Positions 16,808 to 26,058 of a DNA stretch of 32,000 nucleotides are shown here, piece by piece. The stretch covers positions 600,001 through 632,000 of the forward strand of contig NZ_CP025989.1 in assembly GCF_003072485.1 (NCBI RefSeq). Direction: 5' to 3'. Numbering within the stretch: the stretch's first letter is position 1; every line of letters starts with the position of its first letter. The translations under genes and the position numbers were made by a program. Source of the DNA: Candidatus Fokinia solitaria (GTDB lineage Bacteria > Pseudomonadota > Alphaproteobacteria > Rickettsiales > Midichloriaceae). Below the pieces are notes generated by a model, which saw only the letters and a program-made list of their open reading frames with translations, did no database searches and was not told where the DNA came from.

Positions 16808-18367
16808 TTAACTATCTCTTAACATATTATTACATTTTAGCACTTCTTCTGCATCACTTGTAACTAATTTATTATTTATTTTATACTCGTCACACCCTTG
16901 ACCAGCTATAACAAGTATATCGTTTTTACCTAATAACTCAAATCCGTACTTTATTGCTTCTTGTCTATCCGCTATGGAAATGCCATTCACACAACTCGTC
17001 ATTATTTCTCTTCTGATATCATCAGGCTTCTCCGAGCGCGGATTATCGTCTGTAATGATACAAATATCGGCATGTTCGTGACAGACTCGTCCTATAACAC
17101 TTCTTTTCATTCGATCTCTATCACCTCCGCATCCAAACACTATAATAACTTTAGAGTTTTCATTAAAATTGCTATCGCACATTATAAAATTCTTCACTTC
17201 AAGTAATAGAGTTAGCATAGCGTTTGCGGTATGTGCATAATCTACTATTACAACAGAATTAGTGTCATGCTTCGTGCAAATCACTTCATATCTTCCGGAC
17301 GGCACGATGATGTTTTGAATATTTTTTGCCGCAACATTAATCAATTCTATCAATTCATCATGCTTAAAAAATGCACTTATCAGCATACCGAACGCACACG
17401 CTATGTTTCGTATTTGAAATAGCGGTAAAAAGTGATGTGTAAAATGTACTACATGATTATGTGACTTTACGTTCTTTATGTTAAATATGACATCTTTTCC
17501 AATATGAAATTCTTCAATGGTAATATCAGATTCTTCATTTTGTCCATAAGTGATATATCTACTCTTATCAGCACGAAGAAACTGAAGTATCTCAGGATAA
17601 CATTCTATATCTCTGCTAAATACTACACATCTATCAGTATTTTTTACAAAGGTTTTTAAAAAACTTGCTTTAGTAGCAAAGTACTCTTCAACTGTGTGAT
17701 GGTAATCTAAATGATCTGAAGTGACATTTGTTAGCCCTATTGCTTCAAACACTACCTCATTTACTCGCGACTGTGCAATTGCATGGCTTGAAACTTCTAA
17801 CGTTGCATATTGAATGCCGCTTGCACTCAAATCATAGAGTATCTTGTGCAAAGTAAAAGCATCTGGTGTTGTGAGAGAGCTTACATCATTCTCATAAAAG
17901 TCTTGCATGGTAAATTTTGATATCTCTGGATGAAATTCGAATATCTTTACACCTATAGAACCTATGTATCCTACTTTTAAAAATTTTGTAGCTAAGATCT
18001 GCGCTAAAAAGATACAAGTAGATGTTTTTCCGTCGGTACCTGTAACACCAAACATTTTAGGTTGAATGTGATTATGAAGGCATGCAGCAATTTTGGATTT
18101 CGTTTCGTATATATTTTTAGAAATATATATAAATATCTCATTAAGGACGTCAATATTCATTAATTTATTAATGAACTTTTCAAACTCAATAATATTTAGA
18201 GGATTACTTATAATAACATATTGTGATGCCAAAATACGCTCAAAAGCTTCATTATTTCTGCTTTCTTCTGTACTATACTGAAAGAAATAAATGCTATCAT
18301 AAGTACTACCGTTATTTTTTATTGTTGCTATAATTTCTTCTTCGTCACATATAATATGCGTGTTCAT
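16808..18367 (-). CDS. murE: UDP-N-acetylmuramoyl-L-alanyl-D-glutamate--2,6-diaminopimelate ligase
   Basis: Mur ligase ATP-binding loop GVTGTDGKTST, FGCGGDRDRMKR, and the MurE-specific DNPR motif (DDNPRSE) that specifies meso-DAP. Confidence 0.92.
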   Translation of the reverse strand: MNTHIICDEEEIIATIKNNGSTYDSIYFFQYSTEESRNNEAFERILASQYVIISNPLNIIEFEKFINKLMNIDVLNEIFIYISKNIYETKSKIAACLHNHIQPKMFGVTGTDGKTSTCIFLAQILATKFLKVGYIGSIGVKIFEFHPEISKFTMQDFYENDVSSLTTPDAFTLHKILYDLSASGIQYATLEVSSHAIAQSRVNEVVFEAIGLTNVTSDHLDYHHTVEEYFATKASFLKTFVKNTDRCVVFSRDIECYPEILQFLRADKSRYITYGQNEESDITIEEFHIGKDVIFNIKNVKSHNHVVHFTHHFLPLFQIRNIACAFGMLISAFFKHDELIELINVAAKNIQNIIVPSGRYEVICTKHDTNSVVIVDYAHTANAMLTLLLEVKNFIMCDSNFNENSKVIIVFGCGGDRDRMKRSVIGRVCHEHADICIITDDNPRSEKPDDIRREIMTSCVNGISIADRQEAIKYGFELLGKNDILVIAGQGCDEYKINNKLVTSDAEEVLKCNNMLRDS

Positions 18368-18494
18368 TTTTAACTTCTAACTAAACAGCGTTCGTTTTTC
18401 ACTGTTATGCTAGCACTTGAAATGCAAAATGTCATGACTTCCGTGCTTATAGTGTATCAGTATCTACTAGAGGCATAATATAAAGTTTATAAGT

Positions 18495-19616
18495 GTGTTA
18501 AATTTTATAAATTATAGTACAAATATATCAAAGAGTGCACTGTCACATCTCTTCAAAGCACTCATGATAGATCGGGTGCCTGGTACAATATTAATAGAAG
18601 TTGAGCATCTTTACAGTCTTAGCATTGGACTTAAGCTATCTATTCTCATCTTATCTGAAATTCTCAAAGGAAAGGAGAAGCATACGCTAGAGCTTATGAT
18701 ATCTCACTTTCTGAATAATTTCGGATTCTTCTTTGACGAGAATGAATTAAACAATCTTTTAAATCATCCTGATTTAATGGTCATTAGTAGTACGTACTCC
18801 AATAAACAGTGCACTCCTAAAGCGATCGAAAGTATATCAATGGAAGATGTCAAGCAAGCAGAACACTTTATGTCTCTTACACAGTATGGCAAGAAAAAGG
18901 TACTGCTTCTTCACGATATTTCAACGATGAGCATTAGCGCCGCAAATGCGCTTTTAAAAACTCTGGAAGATGTGCCACGCGATGCCATAATATTGATGAC
19001 TGTATCTAAACGTACAATGGTACAAGAAACGATACTGTCTCGATGCATCATTTTCAAACTCGCTACTGCACCACTAAAGGAGGTAAAAAACTCCGTAGAT
19101 GCTAGTACATTTGAGAAAATCGAAGTGATATTCAAGCTGTGCGAAAAAGATCTAAATTCTGTGAATGATGTTATGTCTCTTTTACGCAAAGAACATAGTA
19201 TAGGATATGCAGGCACTATGGCTAAGAATATCATATTCGCTATGGATACATACTCTGAAAATGATAGTGCTACTCTTTTACAAAAAACAAAGACACTACT
19301 ACATTTACTACAACAATTTACTAGATCTACAAAAGTTGAAAAGAGCGTTGAGGAAGAGAAGATATTGCAGAAATCAATATTATTTTTCACTCATGAAATA
19401 TTGATACAGTTCTCATGCAAGCTATTTCACAATACAAAAACAGAAGTGGATTACATACAGCAAATGCAGAACTTCAAAATCTCCAAACTACTGAGTAGCT
19501 ACACTTCTATTTTGAATTTGAACTATAAGCACTTAGATAGACATACGCTACTACACGTTATAGCAAATAAGTGCGTGCAAATACTGAATGAATTGCTGCA
19601 AATTGTAAAAGCGTGA
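18495..19616 (+). CDS. holB: DNA polymerase III subunit delta' (clamp-loader, AAA+-like)
   Basis: SISAANALLKTLEDVPRDAIILMTVS and ETILSRCIIFKL match the NALLKTLEEPP box and the SRC motif. The P-loop region is degenerate, as is usual for delta'. GTG start at 18495. Confidence 0.8.
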   Translation: MLNFINYSTNISKSALSHLFKALMIDRVPGTILIEVEHLYSLSIGLKLSILILSEILKGKEKHTLELMISHFLNNFGFFFDENELNNLLNHPDLMVISSTYSNKQCTPKAIESISMEDVKQAEHFMSLTQYGKKKVLLLHDISTMSISAANALLKTLEDVPRDAIILMTVSKRTMVQETILSRCIIFKLATAPLKEVKNSVDASTFEKIEVIFKLCEKDLNSVNDVMSLLRKEHSIGYAGTMAKNIIFAMDTYSENDSATLLQKTKTLLHLLQQFTRSTKVEKSVEEEKILQKSILFFTHEILIQFSCKLFHNTKTEVDYIQQMQNFKISKLLSSYTSILNLNYKHLDRHTLLHVIANKCVQILNELLQIVKA

Positions 19617-19666
19617 AGGAAAGCGATAGTAAACATCTTTTTGATGCTACTACCATCCTCCTTCAC
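19613..19666. terminator. Long imperfect hairpin between the convergent holB and OMP genes (bidirectional terminator candidate)
   Basis: GTGAAGGA (19613-19620) is complementary to TCCTTCAC (19659-19666). There is an inner TAGTA/TACTA pairing. The loop is large, so this is tentative. Confidence 0.25.
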
Positions 19667-19699
19667 AGCTTACATCTCGCTTCTATATGGTTATCCGTT

Positions 19700-20800
19700 T
19701 TAGAATGAATAACCTATTCCGAACACGATCATAGGATGCTCTTCATTTTCAAGAGTGAAGTTTTTAACACCTACTACTGCTCTACTGGTATCGATATTAA
19801 AAAGCTGACCTTTTTGTGTAATCTGAAAACTGTTTCCTACAGAGGAGCAAGTACCATCAGGCTGTATTCCATAGTAAGAAAGCGATGGATCGAATTCTAC
19901 CCGCCCTACAGACTGTTTAAAAGCAATCATTGACTGCTCAACAGGCAATGCATTTTCCAAGTGTAAGGTAAGTACTCCAAGAGAGAGTATCAAACCACTA
20001 GAAAATCTTGCTTGCATCCCTACTGCATAACTCCAGTATGGTGAAATTTGCCCTTTAGACGTAGGACTATTGTATGATGGACTAATACTTTTTGCTTGTA
20101 TTACACTATTTCCCGCATTTGTAACATTTTCACACTCTGCATCAGAGTATAATTTGCCATATATGGTAGTTTCTTCAAATCTTGAAGTCATTGTAGTACC
20201 ATGAAATTTGAGGTAAGTGCTTGCTATCCCTGCACTAAACTGCGCATACGGTCCAAACGCATATTCACGATTCTTCGTAAGATATAACATGGACAGTCTG
20301 CTGTTTAATCCATATTGCGCCTCGTATAACGCAAAACTCAAATAATCAGATTCTGGAGAACTGTATCGCAATGCTCCTTCAGCGCCAAGTCCAAGTACAA
20401 TCCTAAAATTTTGATTTTTGGCAATGAAGTTATATCGTCCTGCAAGAGTGACATATACTTGCGATGTATTGCTTAATTCTACTCTTTCCTGTTTGAAAGA
20501 TGGAAAAGAATTATTCGTGTAGTAGTACTGTGGCTCATATTTCGCAGTAGTCATAGTACCTTTGACTGTATCGTTCGTGGAGAATTTTGTACCAAACATG
20601 GCTTCTATTTCCGTTTTCCCTAGCAAACTTTCCGCTCCTTCCTTGACTTTCTCTTCTCCACCGTAATACCTTTTGTTTATCGCTGTCTCGATAATGAGTG
20701 GATCAGATGCTTGAGAAGTAGCAAAGGATGTACTTTGCATCAACAGAAAGCAGCTAGAACATTGAAAGGATATAAGTGCTAATTTACTTACGTATCTCAT
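19700..20800 (-). CDS. Putative outer-membrane beta-barrel protein / surface antigen with a signal peptide
   Basis: N-terminal hydrophobic leader ending ...STSFA-TSQ. Alternating hydrophobic/polar strands rich in Y, G, S and T throughout. C-terminal ...FGIGYSF with a terminal Phe, which is typical of BAM-dependent barrels. I could not recognise a specific family. Confidence 0.65.
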   Translation of the reverse strand: MRYVSKLALISFQCSSCFLLMQSTSFATSQASDPLIIETAINKRYYGGEEKVKEGAESLLGKTEIEAMFGTKFSTNDTVKGTMTTAKYEPQYYYTNNSFPSFKQERVELSNTSQVYVTLAGRYNFIAKNQNFRIVLGLGAEGALRYSSPESDYLSFALYEAQYGLNSRLSMLYLTKNREYAFGPYAQFSAGIASTYLKFHGTTMTSRFEETTIYGKLYSDAECENVTNAGNSVIQAKSISPSYNSPTSKGQISPYWSYAVGMQARFSSGLILSLGVLTLHLENALPVEQSMIAFKQSVGRVEFDPSLSYYGIQPDGTCSSVGNSFQITQKGQLFNIDTSRAVVGVKNFTLENEEHPMIVFGIGYSF

Positions 20801-20898
20801 ACGTATAACATGTTAGTTAAAATTATTCGTAGATAATATTGCTATACGAGGAAAAGTAAATAACGACTTGCAGTCGGTAACTATTATGAATTATCACA

Positions 20899-21702
20899 AT
20901 GGAACTTTTTGATTTTTTGAAAACTACTTCGCTTTATGCATTTCAAGTTTGTGGTTTTGAAATACACTTTACATCGCTTGCACTTTCTATGTTTATAAGT
21001 GTCTTTTTCATTATCATTGCACTTGGTACTTACGTATTTCCGACAAAGAAAACGACTGTATCGAAGGATGATTTTAAGAGTAGCGCCGCTCTAAAAGAAT
21101 GGGAAAAGAGAAAAATGAGAAAATTCATACCGAACTATCCTCAAATAATGTGCGAAGCCATGTATGAATTTGTGGAAGAGATAGCAAAAGGCACCGTAGG
21201 TGAAGAAGATACGAAAAAGTTCATAAGTATTGGAATCACATTGTTCACATTCATACTTTTTTGCAACGCACTCGGTATATTTCATTCTATCTCTCCCGTT
21301 ACAAGTAATTTCTTGATTAACTCATATATCAGTGTCTTTCTATTCATCTCAACTACTGCAGTAGGAATGTTTAGAAACGGATTAAAATTCGGTCGTTTGT
21401 TCTTACCTAAAAACGTGCCACTACTGCTTGCACCACTGCTTTTTCTAATAGAGTTTTTTACTTATTTTACGCGTCCCATCACTCTCGCTTTAAGACTTGC
21501 TGCAAATGTTATCGCAGGTCATATTATCACCGGAGTTGCAGTAAATGTTGTAGCATCTGCAGATACTGCGCTGAAAATACTACCATTTTCAGGAGTAATA
21601 CTCCTTAACGGATTTGAGATTTTCGTAGCTGTACTACAGGCGTATATATTCACCATGCTGTCTTTTGTGTACTTAGGTACCGTAAAGAATGCAGATCATT
21701 AA
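20899..21702 (+). CDS. atpB: F0F1 ATP synthase subunit a
   Basis: RPITLALRLAANVIAGH contains the essential Arg of the LRL..N...GH motif. Followed by GFEIFVAVLQAYIFTMLSFVY. Five or six transmembrane segments. Confidence 0.92.
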   Translation: MELFDFLKTTSLYAFQVCGFEIHFTSLALSMFISVFFIIIALGTYVFPTKKTTVSKDDFKSSAALKEWEKRKMRKFIPNYPQIMCEAMYEFVEEIAKGTVGEEDTKKFISIGITLFTFILFCNALGIFHSISPVTSNFLINSYISVFLFISTTAVGMFRNGLKFGRLFLPKNVPLLLAPLLFLIEFFTYFTRPITLALRLAANVIAGHIITGVAVNVVASADTALKILPFSGVILLNGFEIFVAVLQAYIFTMLSFVYLGTVKNADH

Positions 21703-21788
21703 AGTCATAAAAACTTGTACTTGATATTACTGCGCAAAATGCTATAAAGTATGGCTGTAAATCGTCTATTAATAAAAACGGCTTCGGA

Positions 21789-22103
21789 ATGACATTGCGT
21801 AGAATTAGGATAGCATTAAAGTCCTTTGATGAAACGTTAATACAGAGAGCATCAATGCAGATAATTTCTTCTGCACAGTCCAGCGGTGCTTCAGTTAAAG
21901 GACCAATACCTCTACCAACAAGAAAGAAGATATTCACAGTTAATAGATCTCCTCATGTAGATAAAAAATCTAGAGAGCAGTTCGAATTAAGTTGTCATAA
22001 GAGGATGTGTGATATATACGTTACTTCAGAAGCTATTACAGGATTGATGGATGCTTTTAAAGCTCTTGAACTACCTGCGGGAGTTGAGGTCTTCATTAAG
22101 TGA
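21789..22103 (+). CDS. rpsJ: 30S ribosomal protein S10
   Basis: [62 protein letters not shown]...[10 protein letters not shown] aligns along its full length with E. coli S10 ([62 protein letters not shown]...AAGVDVQI). Confidence 0.95.
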   Translation: [104 protein letters not shown]

Positions 22104-22122
22104 TTTTTTTTTGTTTTGCAGA

Positions 22123-22380
22123 GTGATTAGTATTTTCATAGTAACACAGTGTGCTTTGGTTATCGCAATGCTGTTCATTACTATACTCATTTCCAATTCT
22201 GATAATTCCGGAGAGTTAGGTGTGAGTGCTTACGGCGGTAAAGAGCAGGAAATGAGTGGAGTAACTAAAATAATGATGGTTTTAGGATGCACCTTCATGT
22301 TGAATACACTGTTAATTGCTAAACTATCTATGGTATCCGCTCCAAGTAATGCTTATGAGAGAGACTTTGATGAGATGTAG
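22123..22380 (+). CDS. secG: Preprotein translocase subunit SecG (probable)
   Basis: TM1 (IFIVTQCALVIAMLFITILI), then a glycine-rich loop NSDNSGELGVSAYGG (compare LQQGKGADMGASFGAG in E. coli), then VTKIMMVLGCTFMLNTLLIAKL as TM2. Start taken as the GTG at 22123; the TTG at 22111 and the ATG at 22168 are alternatives. The track start at 22051 overlaps rpsJ and is rejected. Confidence 0.6.
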   Translation: MISIFIVTQCALVIAMLFITILISNSDNSGELGVSAYGGKEQEMSGVTKIMMVLGCTFMLNTLLIAKLSMVSAPSNAYERDFDEM

Positions 22381-22431
22381 TTTATACGCTATCTACAATA
22401 GTCTTCTTCTTGTTATGAATAGAGCTGGATT

Positions 22432-24354
22432 ATGATAACGTTTTGTGGCGCATCTGTTACTCTCTCTGAAGGTATTCGCAGTGGATTATCTATTCTTTCA
22501 GAGTATCTACCACAGAGAAAGAATGATGTAATAGCTATCTTGATAAACGGCATGCCGTCAGATCTTACCTCTATTGTTCATGATGGTGATATCGTGGACG
22601 TGATAGAAAAACACCAACAAGCGGGGCTTGATATTATCAGGCATGACACAGCACATATTCTCGCTGAAGCTGTGAAAATCCTATATGAAGATGCAAAAAT
22701 CGCTATAGGTCCCGTAATATCTGATGGATTCTATTATGACATAGATCTGCCATTTTCTATATCTATAGATGATCTGCATAAAATAGAACAAGAAATGCAT
22801 CGCATCATCAAGAAAAATCAGCCATTTATCAGAGAGTGCAGTACCGTGGATCATGCAATTTCAATCTTTCAACATCTAAAAGAGGATTATAAAGTAGAGA
22901 TAATTAAGAATATTCAGGGAGAGTTGTCGCTTTATAGACATGGTGAATTTGTAGATTTATGTAGAGGCCCTCATGGAAATAACACTTCACATCTTGGACA
23001 TTTCAAGCTTTTATCGGTATCTGGCGCATATTGGAGGGGAGATAGCAAAAATAAGATGTTACAAAGAATCTATGGTACAGCATGGGATACTGCTGAAAAA
23101 CTAAATGAGTATCTCACTTTAATAGATGAGCAGAAAAAAAGAGATCATAGAAAAATTGGAAAAGAAATGGAGCTTTTTCATTTATGTGAAGAATCTCCTG
23201 GTATGGTGTTTTGGCATCATGACGGCTGGAAGATATTTCAAGTATTACTTCAGTATATGAGAAGTATGAACACTTCTCACGGATATGAAGAAATTAGCAC
23301 ACCGGAATTATTGAGTAGTGTAATATGGCAAAAATCGGGACACTGGGATAAATTTCGTCAAAATATGTTTATTGCAAATGGCGTAGATGACGAACTGTCA
23401 TATGCCGTCAAGCCAATGAGTTGTCCAGGATGTATAGAGGTCTTCAAACATAAATTCGAAGGAGTGGTAAGCTATAGAGAACTACCAAAAAGAGTAGCAG
23501 AATTCGGCAAAGTACATCGATTTGAGAGTCATGGCTCTCTACTTGGCTTAATGCGCACTAGAGCATTTACTCAAGACGATGCGCATATATTTTGTACTAA
23601 CGATAATATATTAGATGAAGCTATAGCTGTGTGTAAATTTGCGCTTCAAGTTTATCGCGATTGTGGATTTCACACTGATGATTTACAGTTCAAACTCTCA
23701 GATCGGCCAAATTTAAGAGTAGGTAGCGATGAAAGTTGGGATGTAGCAGAAAAGTCGCTATCTCAAGCACTCGATAATATGGGTGTAGAGTATTCAATAA
23801 ATAAAGGAGAAGGAGCATTTTATGGACCTAAGATAGAGTTTGTGCTAAAAGACTGCATGAAGCGAGAATGGCAGCTAGGTACGTTACAAGTAGATTTAAA
23901 TCTTGGCATGAGACTAGGTGCAGTATATGTCGATAGTAATGGAGAAAGGAAACATCCTATTATATTGCATAGAGCAATTTTCGGTTCTTTTGAGAGATTT
24001 ATTGGAATACTACTCGAGCATTATGCTGGTAAATTACCTTTGTGGATGGCGCCAGTACACGTTTCTGTAATATGCGTAAGTGAAAAATTTTCTCATACAG
24101 CTAAAGAAGTAGCAAATCAATTAATTGATGGAGGGATAAGAATCATACTTGATGTTAGCGATGAAACAGTAGGATATAAGATCAGACGAAGCATGCTACG
24201 AAAAGTACCATATGTTGTTGTTATAGGAGAAAAAGAAATGCAAAGTGGTTTAATAGGCTTAGAGAATCCATATACAAAAGAAAAAGAGATGATGCTTGTT
24301 GAAGAATGTAAAAAGCGATTATGTGATTTGATAGCGCATAATGTCAAAAAATAA
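22432..24354 (+). CDS. thrS: Threonine--tRNA ligase
   Basis: N-terminal TGS domain. Editing-domain H-x3-H (RHDTAHILAEAV). Class II motifs HRFESHGSLLGLMRTRAFTQDDAHIF and HRAIFGSFERFIGILLEH. C-terminal anticodon-binding domain. Confidence 0.95.
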   Translation: MITFCGASVTLSEGIRSGLSILSEYLPQRKNDVIAILINGMPSDLTSIVHDGDIVDVIEKHQQAGLDIIRHDTAHILAEAVKILYEDAKIAIGPVISDGFYYDIDLPFSISIDDLHKIEQEMHRIIKKNQPFIRECSTVDHAISIFQHLKEDYKVEIIKNIQGELSLYRHGEFVDLCRGPHGNNTSHLGHFKLLSVSGAYWRGDSKNKMLQRIYGTAWDTAEKLNEYLTLIDEQKKRDHRKIGKEMELFHLCEESPGMVFWHHDGWKIFQVLLQYMRSMNTSHGYEEISTPELLSSVIWQKSGHWDKFRQNMFIANGVDDELSYAVKPMSCPGCIEVFKHKFEGVVSYRELPKRVAEFGKVHRFESHGSLLGLMRTRAFTQDDAHIFCTNDNILDEAIAVCKFALQVYRDCGFHTDDLQFKLSDRPNLRVGSDESWDVAEKSLSQALDNMGVEYSINKGEGAFYGPKIEFVLKDCMKREWQLGTLQVDLNLGMRLGAVYVDSNGERKHPIILHRAIFGSFERFIGILLEHYAGKLPLWMAPVHVSVICVSEKFSHTAKEVANQLIDGGIRIILDVSDETVGYKIRRSMLRKVPYVVVIGEKEMQSGLIGLENPYTKEKEMMLVEECKKRLCDLIAHNVKK

Positions 24355-24894
24355 TCTTGAGTTTCGAGAACATCACGGTATTTGCACGCATTTCGGAAAA
24401 GCGGTACTTCTTTGATTATCTTCATCCTTCTCTATACTCTTTTTGAGGATAGCGCATTTACTCAGAATAAAGATAAAAGTAGTTTTTTATCTTCTCAATT
24501 ACACCATAATCACTACTATAATTCGCATCTATGGTAGCTTTATAAAATACAATAAAATCTTCAAAACTTACTTTTTGCATTGTCATCTACTAATTTCTAT
24601 CAATAGCTTAGGTATAAGTTTTTTTATCTTCACAGAATATCAAGTATATCACTGCTTTATTAATAAAAGTGTAATAGCCTAGCTACGATAACTATCAGAG
24701 ATACCTTTATCTGTCGTCAAAAGTGCAGAAAAACTCTCGGTAGATAGCATTATAATGACCTTTCATTTTTACATATCGCCATCTTATAATTGCGCTGCAT
24801 GCTCTACAAATCATTGTATAATATCGTAGCTTGCTCATTCATAAGCAAGAAAACGATATTACCATAGCATAATCTTCAGTTTATTAACTTTATT

Positions 24895-26058
24895 TTACTT
24901 CCTTATAAATGGCTTACGATCTACAGGCTCGATTCGCGTAGAAGAAGTATTATACATAATTTCTCCCATATCCTCTAAACCTCTGCGTATCTCTGAAAGC
25001 TTTTTTCTTACAATATGCGCTCTATTTTTTCTTATATCATCCAGCACGGTATGAACTTTTTTCACAAAATGTTTTAATTTTTCTTTAATACTATTCAAAG
25101 CATTAATTAAGGTATTTTTCCCTAATGCACTTGATTTTGTTTCTTTTCCAATTAGCTCATCCACTGCTGTATTAAGCGATTTTATTACGTCATCTTGGCG
25201 TATTTTTGCTTTTTGATCTACTTTCTCGTTCAAAATCTCCCCGTTTTTTCGTATCTTTTCATTGGCATTTTCTTCTAACATATGTAAGAGACCAACTTTT
25301 TCACCTAAAGCTTTACCATCATTATACGCAGCAGCACGTATACCACGATTCTTTTGCAATTGTTCTTTCTGCTTTTCGGTTAATTCTTTCTTTACTCTAT
25401 TTTTGCGCGCTTCTTCTCTAGCGTCCGATGCTAGTGCTAGTTCTTGCTGAGATAGCTTAGGAGAAAGTATTTCATTCATTCTTTTTTTATCATGCAGAAT
25501 GGAGTTTATTTCATGCAATAAGATAAGATCTTCATCTACATTGCCTAGATCAGTCTTTGCATTCATATATAAATGCTCTTTAAGATCGCCAGTTCTTTCT
25601 CGTGTTTTTACCCCTTTACTCCAATCTCTTCTCCTTTCTTCTAGCGAATTCATCGTTTTTGCTATATTTTCATCAGAATTAGCGATATCGTTTTGCTCTT
25701 CCTGCATCTCAAAGGCTTGTCTTCTATTTTTCAGTATCGCTCTTTCCATTCCTCTTTGCGATTCTCTAAGTTCTGCTCTTAATTTGTTTCTTTTTTCTAT
25801 TGCATTTTTCGTTCTTTCACTTAATTTTTCTGCTTTTTGCTCGAATACTTCTTTACTGTTACTTAATTTCTCTACTACTTCATGCGTCAATGTATCATCT
25901 TCTAATCCTCGAATAGCATTTTGATATTGAGAGATTAGTTTATCCGTCGATTCAGCTAATTCTATCGCGCTTTGAAATAAATCACTTTTCTGTGTAGATT
26001 CGTTCGATAAGGTACTTTTTGTATTATTCATTGTTTTAAAAAAATATGTTTTACTCAT
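24895..26058 (-). CDS. Hypothetical K/E/R-rich coiled-coil protein (387 aa), no signal peptide or transmembrane segments
   Basis: A long ORF in AT-rich DNA. The composition is dominated by K, E, R, N and L in heptad-like stretches (EKLSERTKNAIEKRNKLRAELRESQRGMERAILKNRRQAFEMQEEQ...). I recognise no enzymatic motif. It is flanked by a 540-bp spacer and a 124-bp AT-rich spacer. Confidence 0.7.
   Translation of the reverse strand: MSKTYFFKTMNNTKSTLSNESTQKSDLFQSAIELAESTDKLISQYQNAIRGLEDDTLTHEVVEKLSNSKEVFEQKAEKLSERTKNAIEKRNKLRAELRESQRGMERAILKNRRQAFEMQEEQNDIANSDENIAKTMNSLEERRRDWSKGVKTRERTGDLKEHLYMNAKTDLGNVDEDLILLHEINSILHDKKRMNEILSPKLSQQELALASDAREEARKNRVKKELTEKQKEQLQKNRGIRAAAYNDGKALGEKVGLLHMLEENANEKIRKNGEILNEKVDQKAKIRQDDVIKSLNTAVDELIGKETKSSALGKNTLINALNSIKEKLKHFVKKVHTVLDDIRKNRAHIVRKKLSEIRRGLEDMGEIMYNTSSTRIEPVDRKPFIRK

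Noticed and set aside
18911-19390. A 159-aa minus-strand ORF, which is long for AT-rich DNA.
   Set aside because: It lies entirely antisense within holB, whose conserved clamp-loader motifs are on the plus strand. Its translation is an S/F/C/L-rich string with no motif. I treat it as a shadow ORF.
22051-22122. Upstream extension of the secG ORF overlapping the rpsJ 3' end.
   Set aside because: The extension does not resemble SecG, whose TM1 begins near the GTG at 22123, and it would overlap 53 nt of a conserved ribosomal protein gene.
24117-24682. ORFs 24117..24425 (-) and 24443..24682 (+) at or after the thrS 3' end.
   Set aside because: The first mostly overlaps the thrS anticodon-binding domain in antisense. 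The second starts at TTG and is low-complexity (I/Y/F/K/N-rich) with no motif. I treat the region as non-coding spacer.
25206-25924. Plus-strand ORFs of 71, 62 and 141 aa inside the coiled-coil gene.
   Set aside because: Reading AAG/GAA/AAA-rich codons antisense gives CTT/TTC/TTT-rich L/F/S strings. These ORFs are artefacts of the K/E-rich gene on the minus strand.
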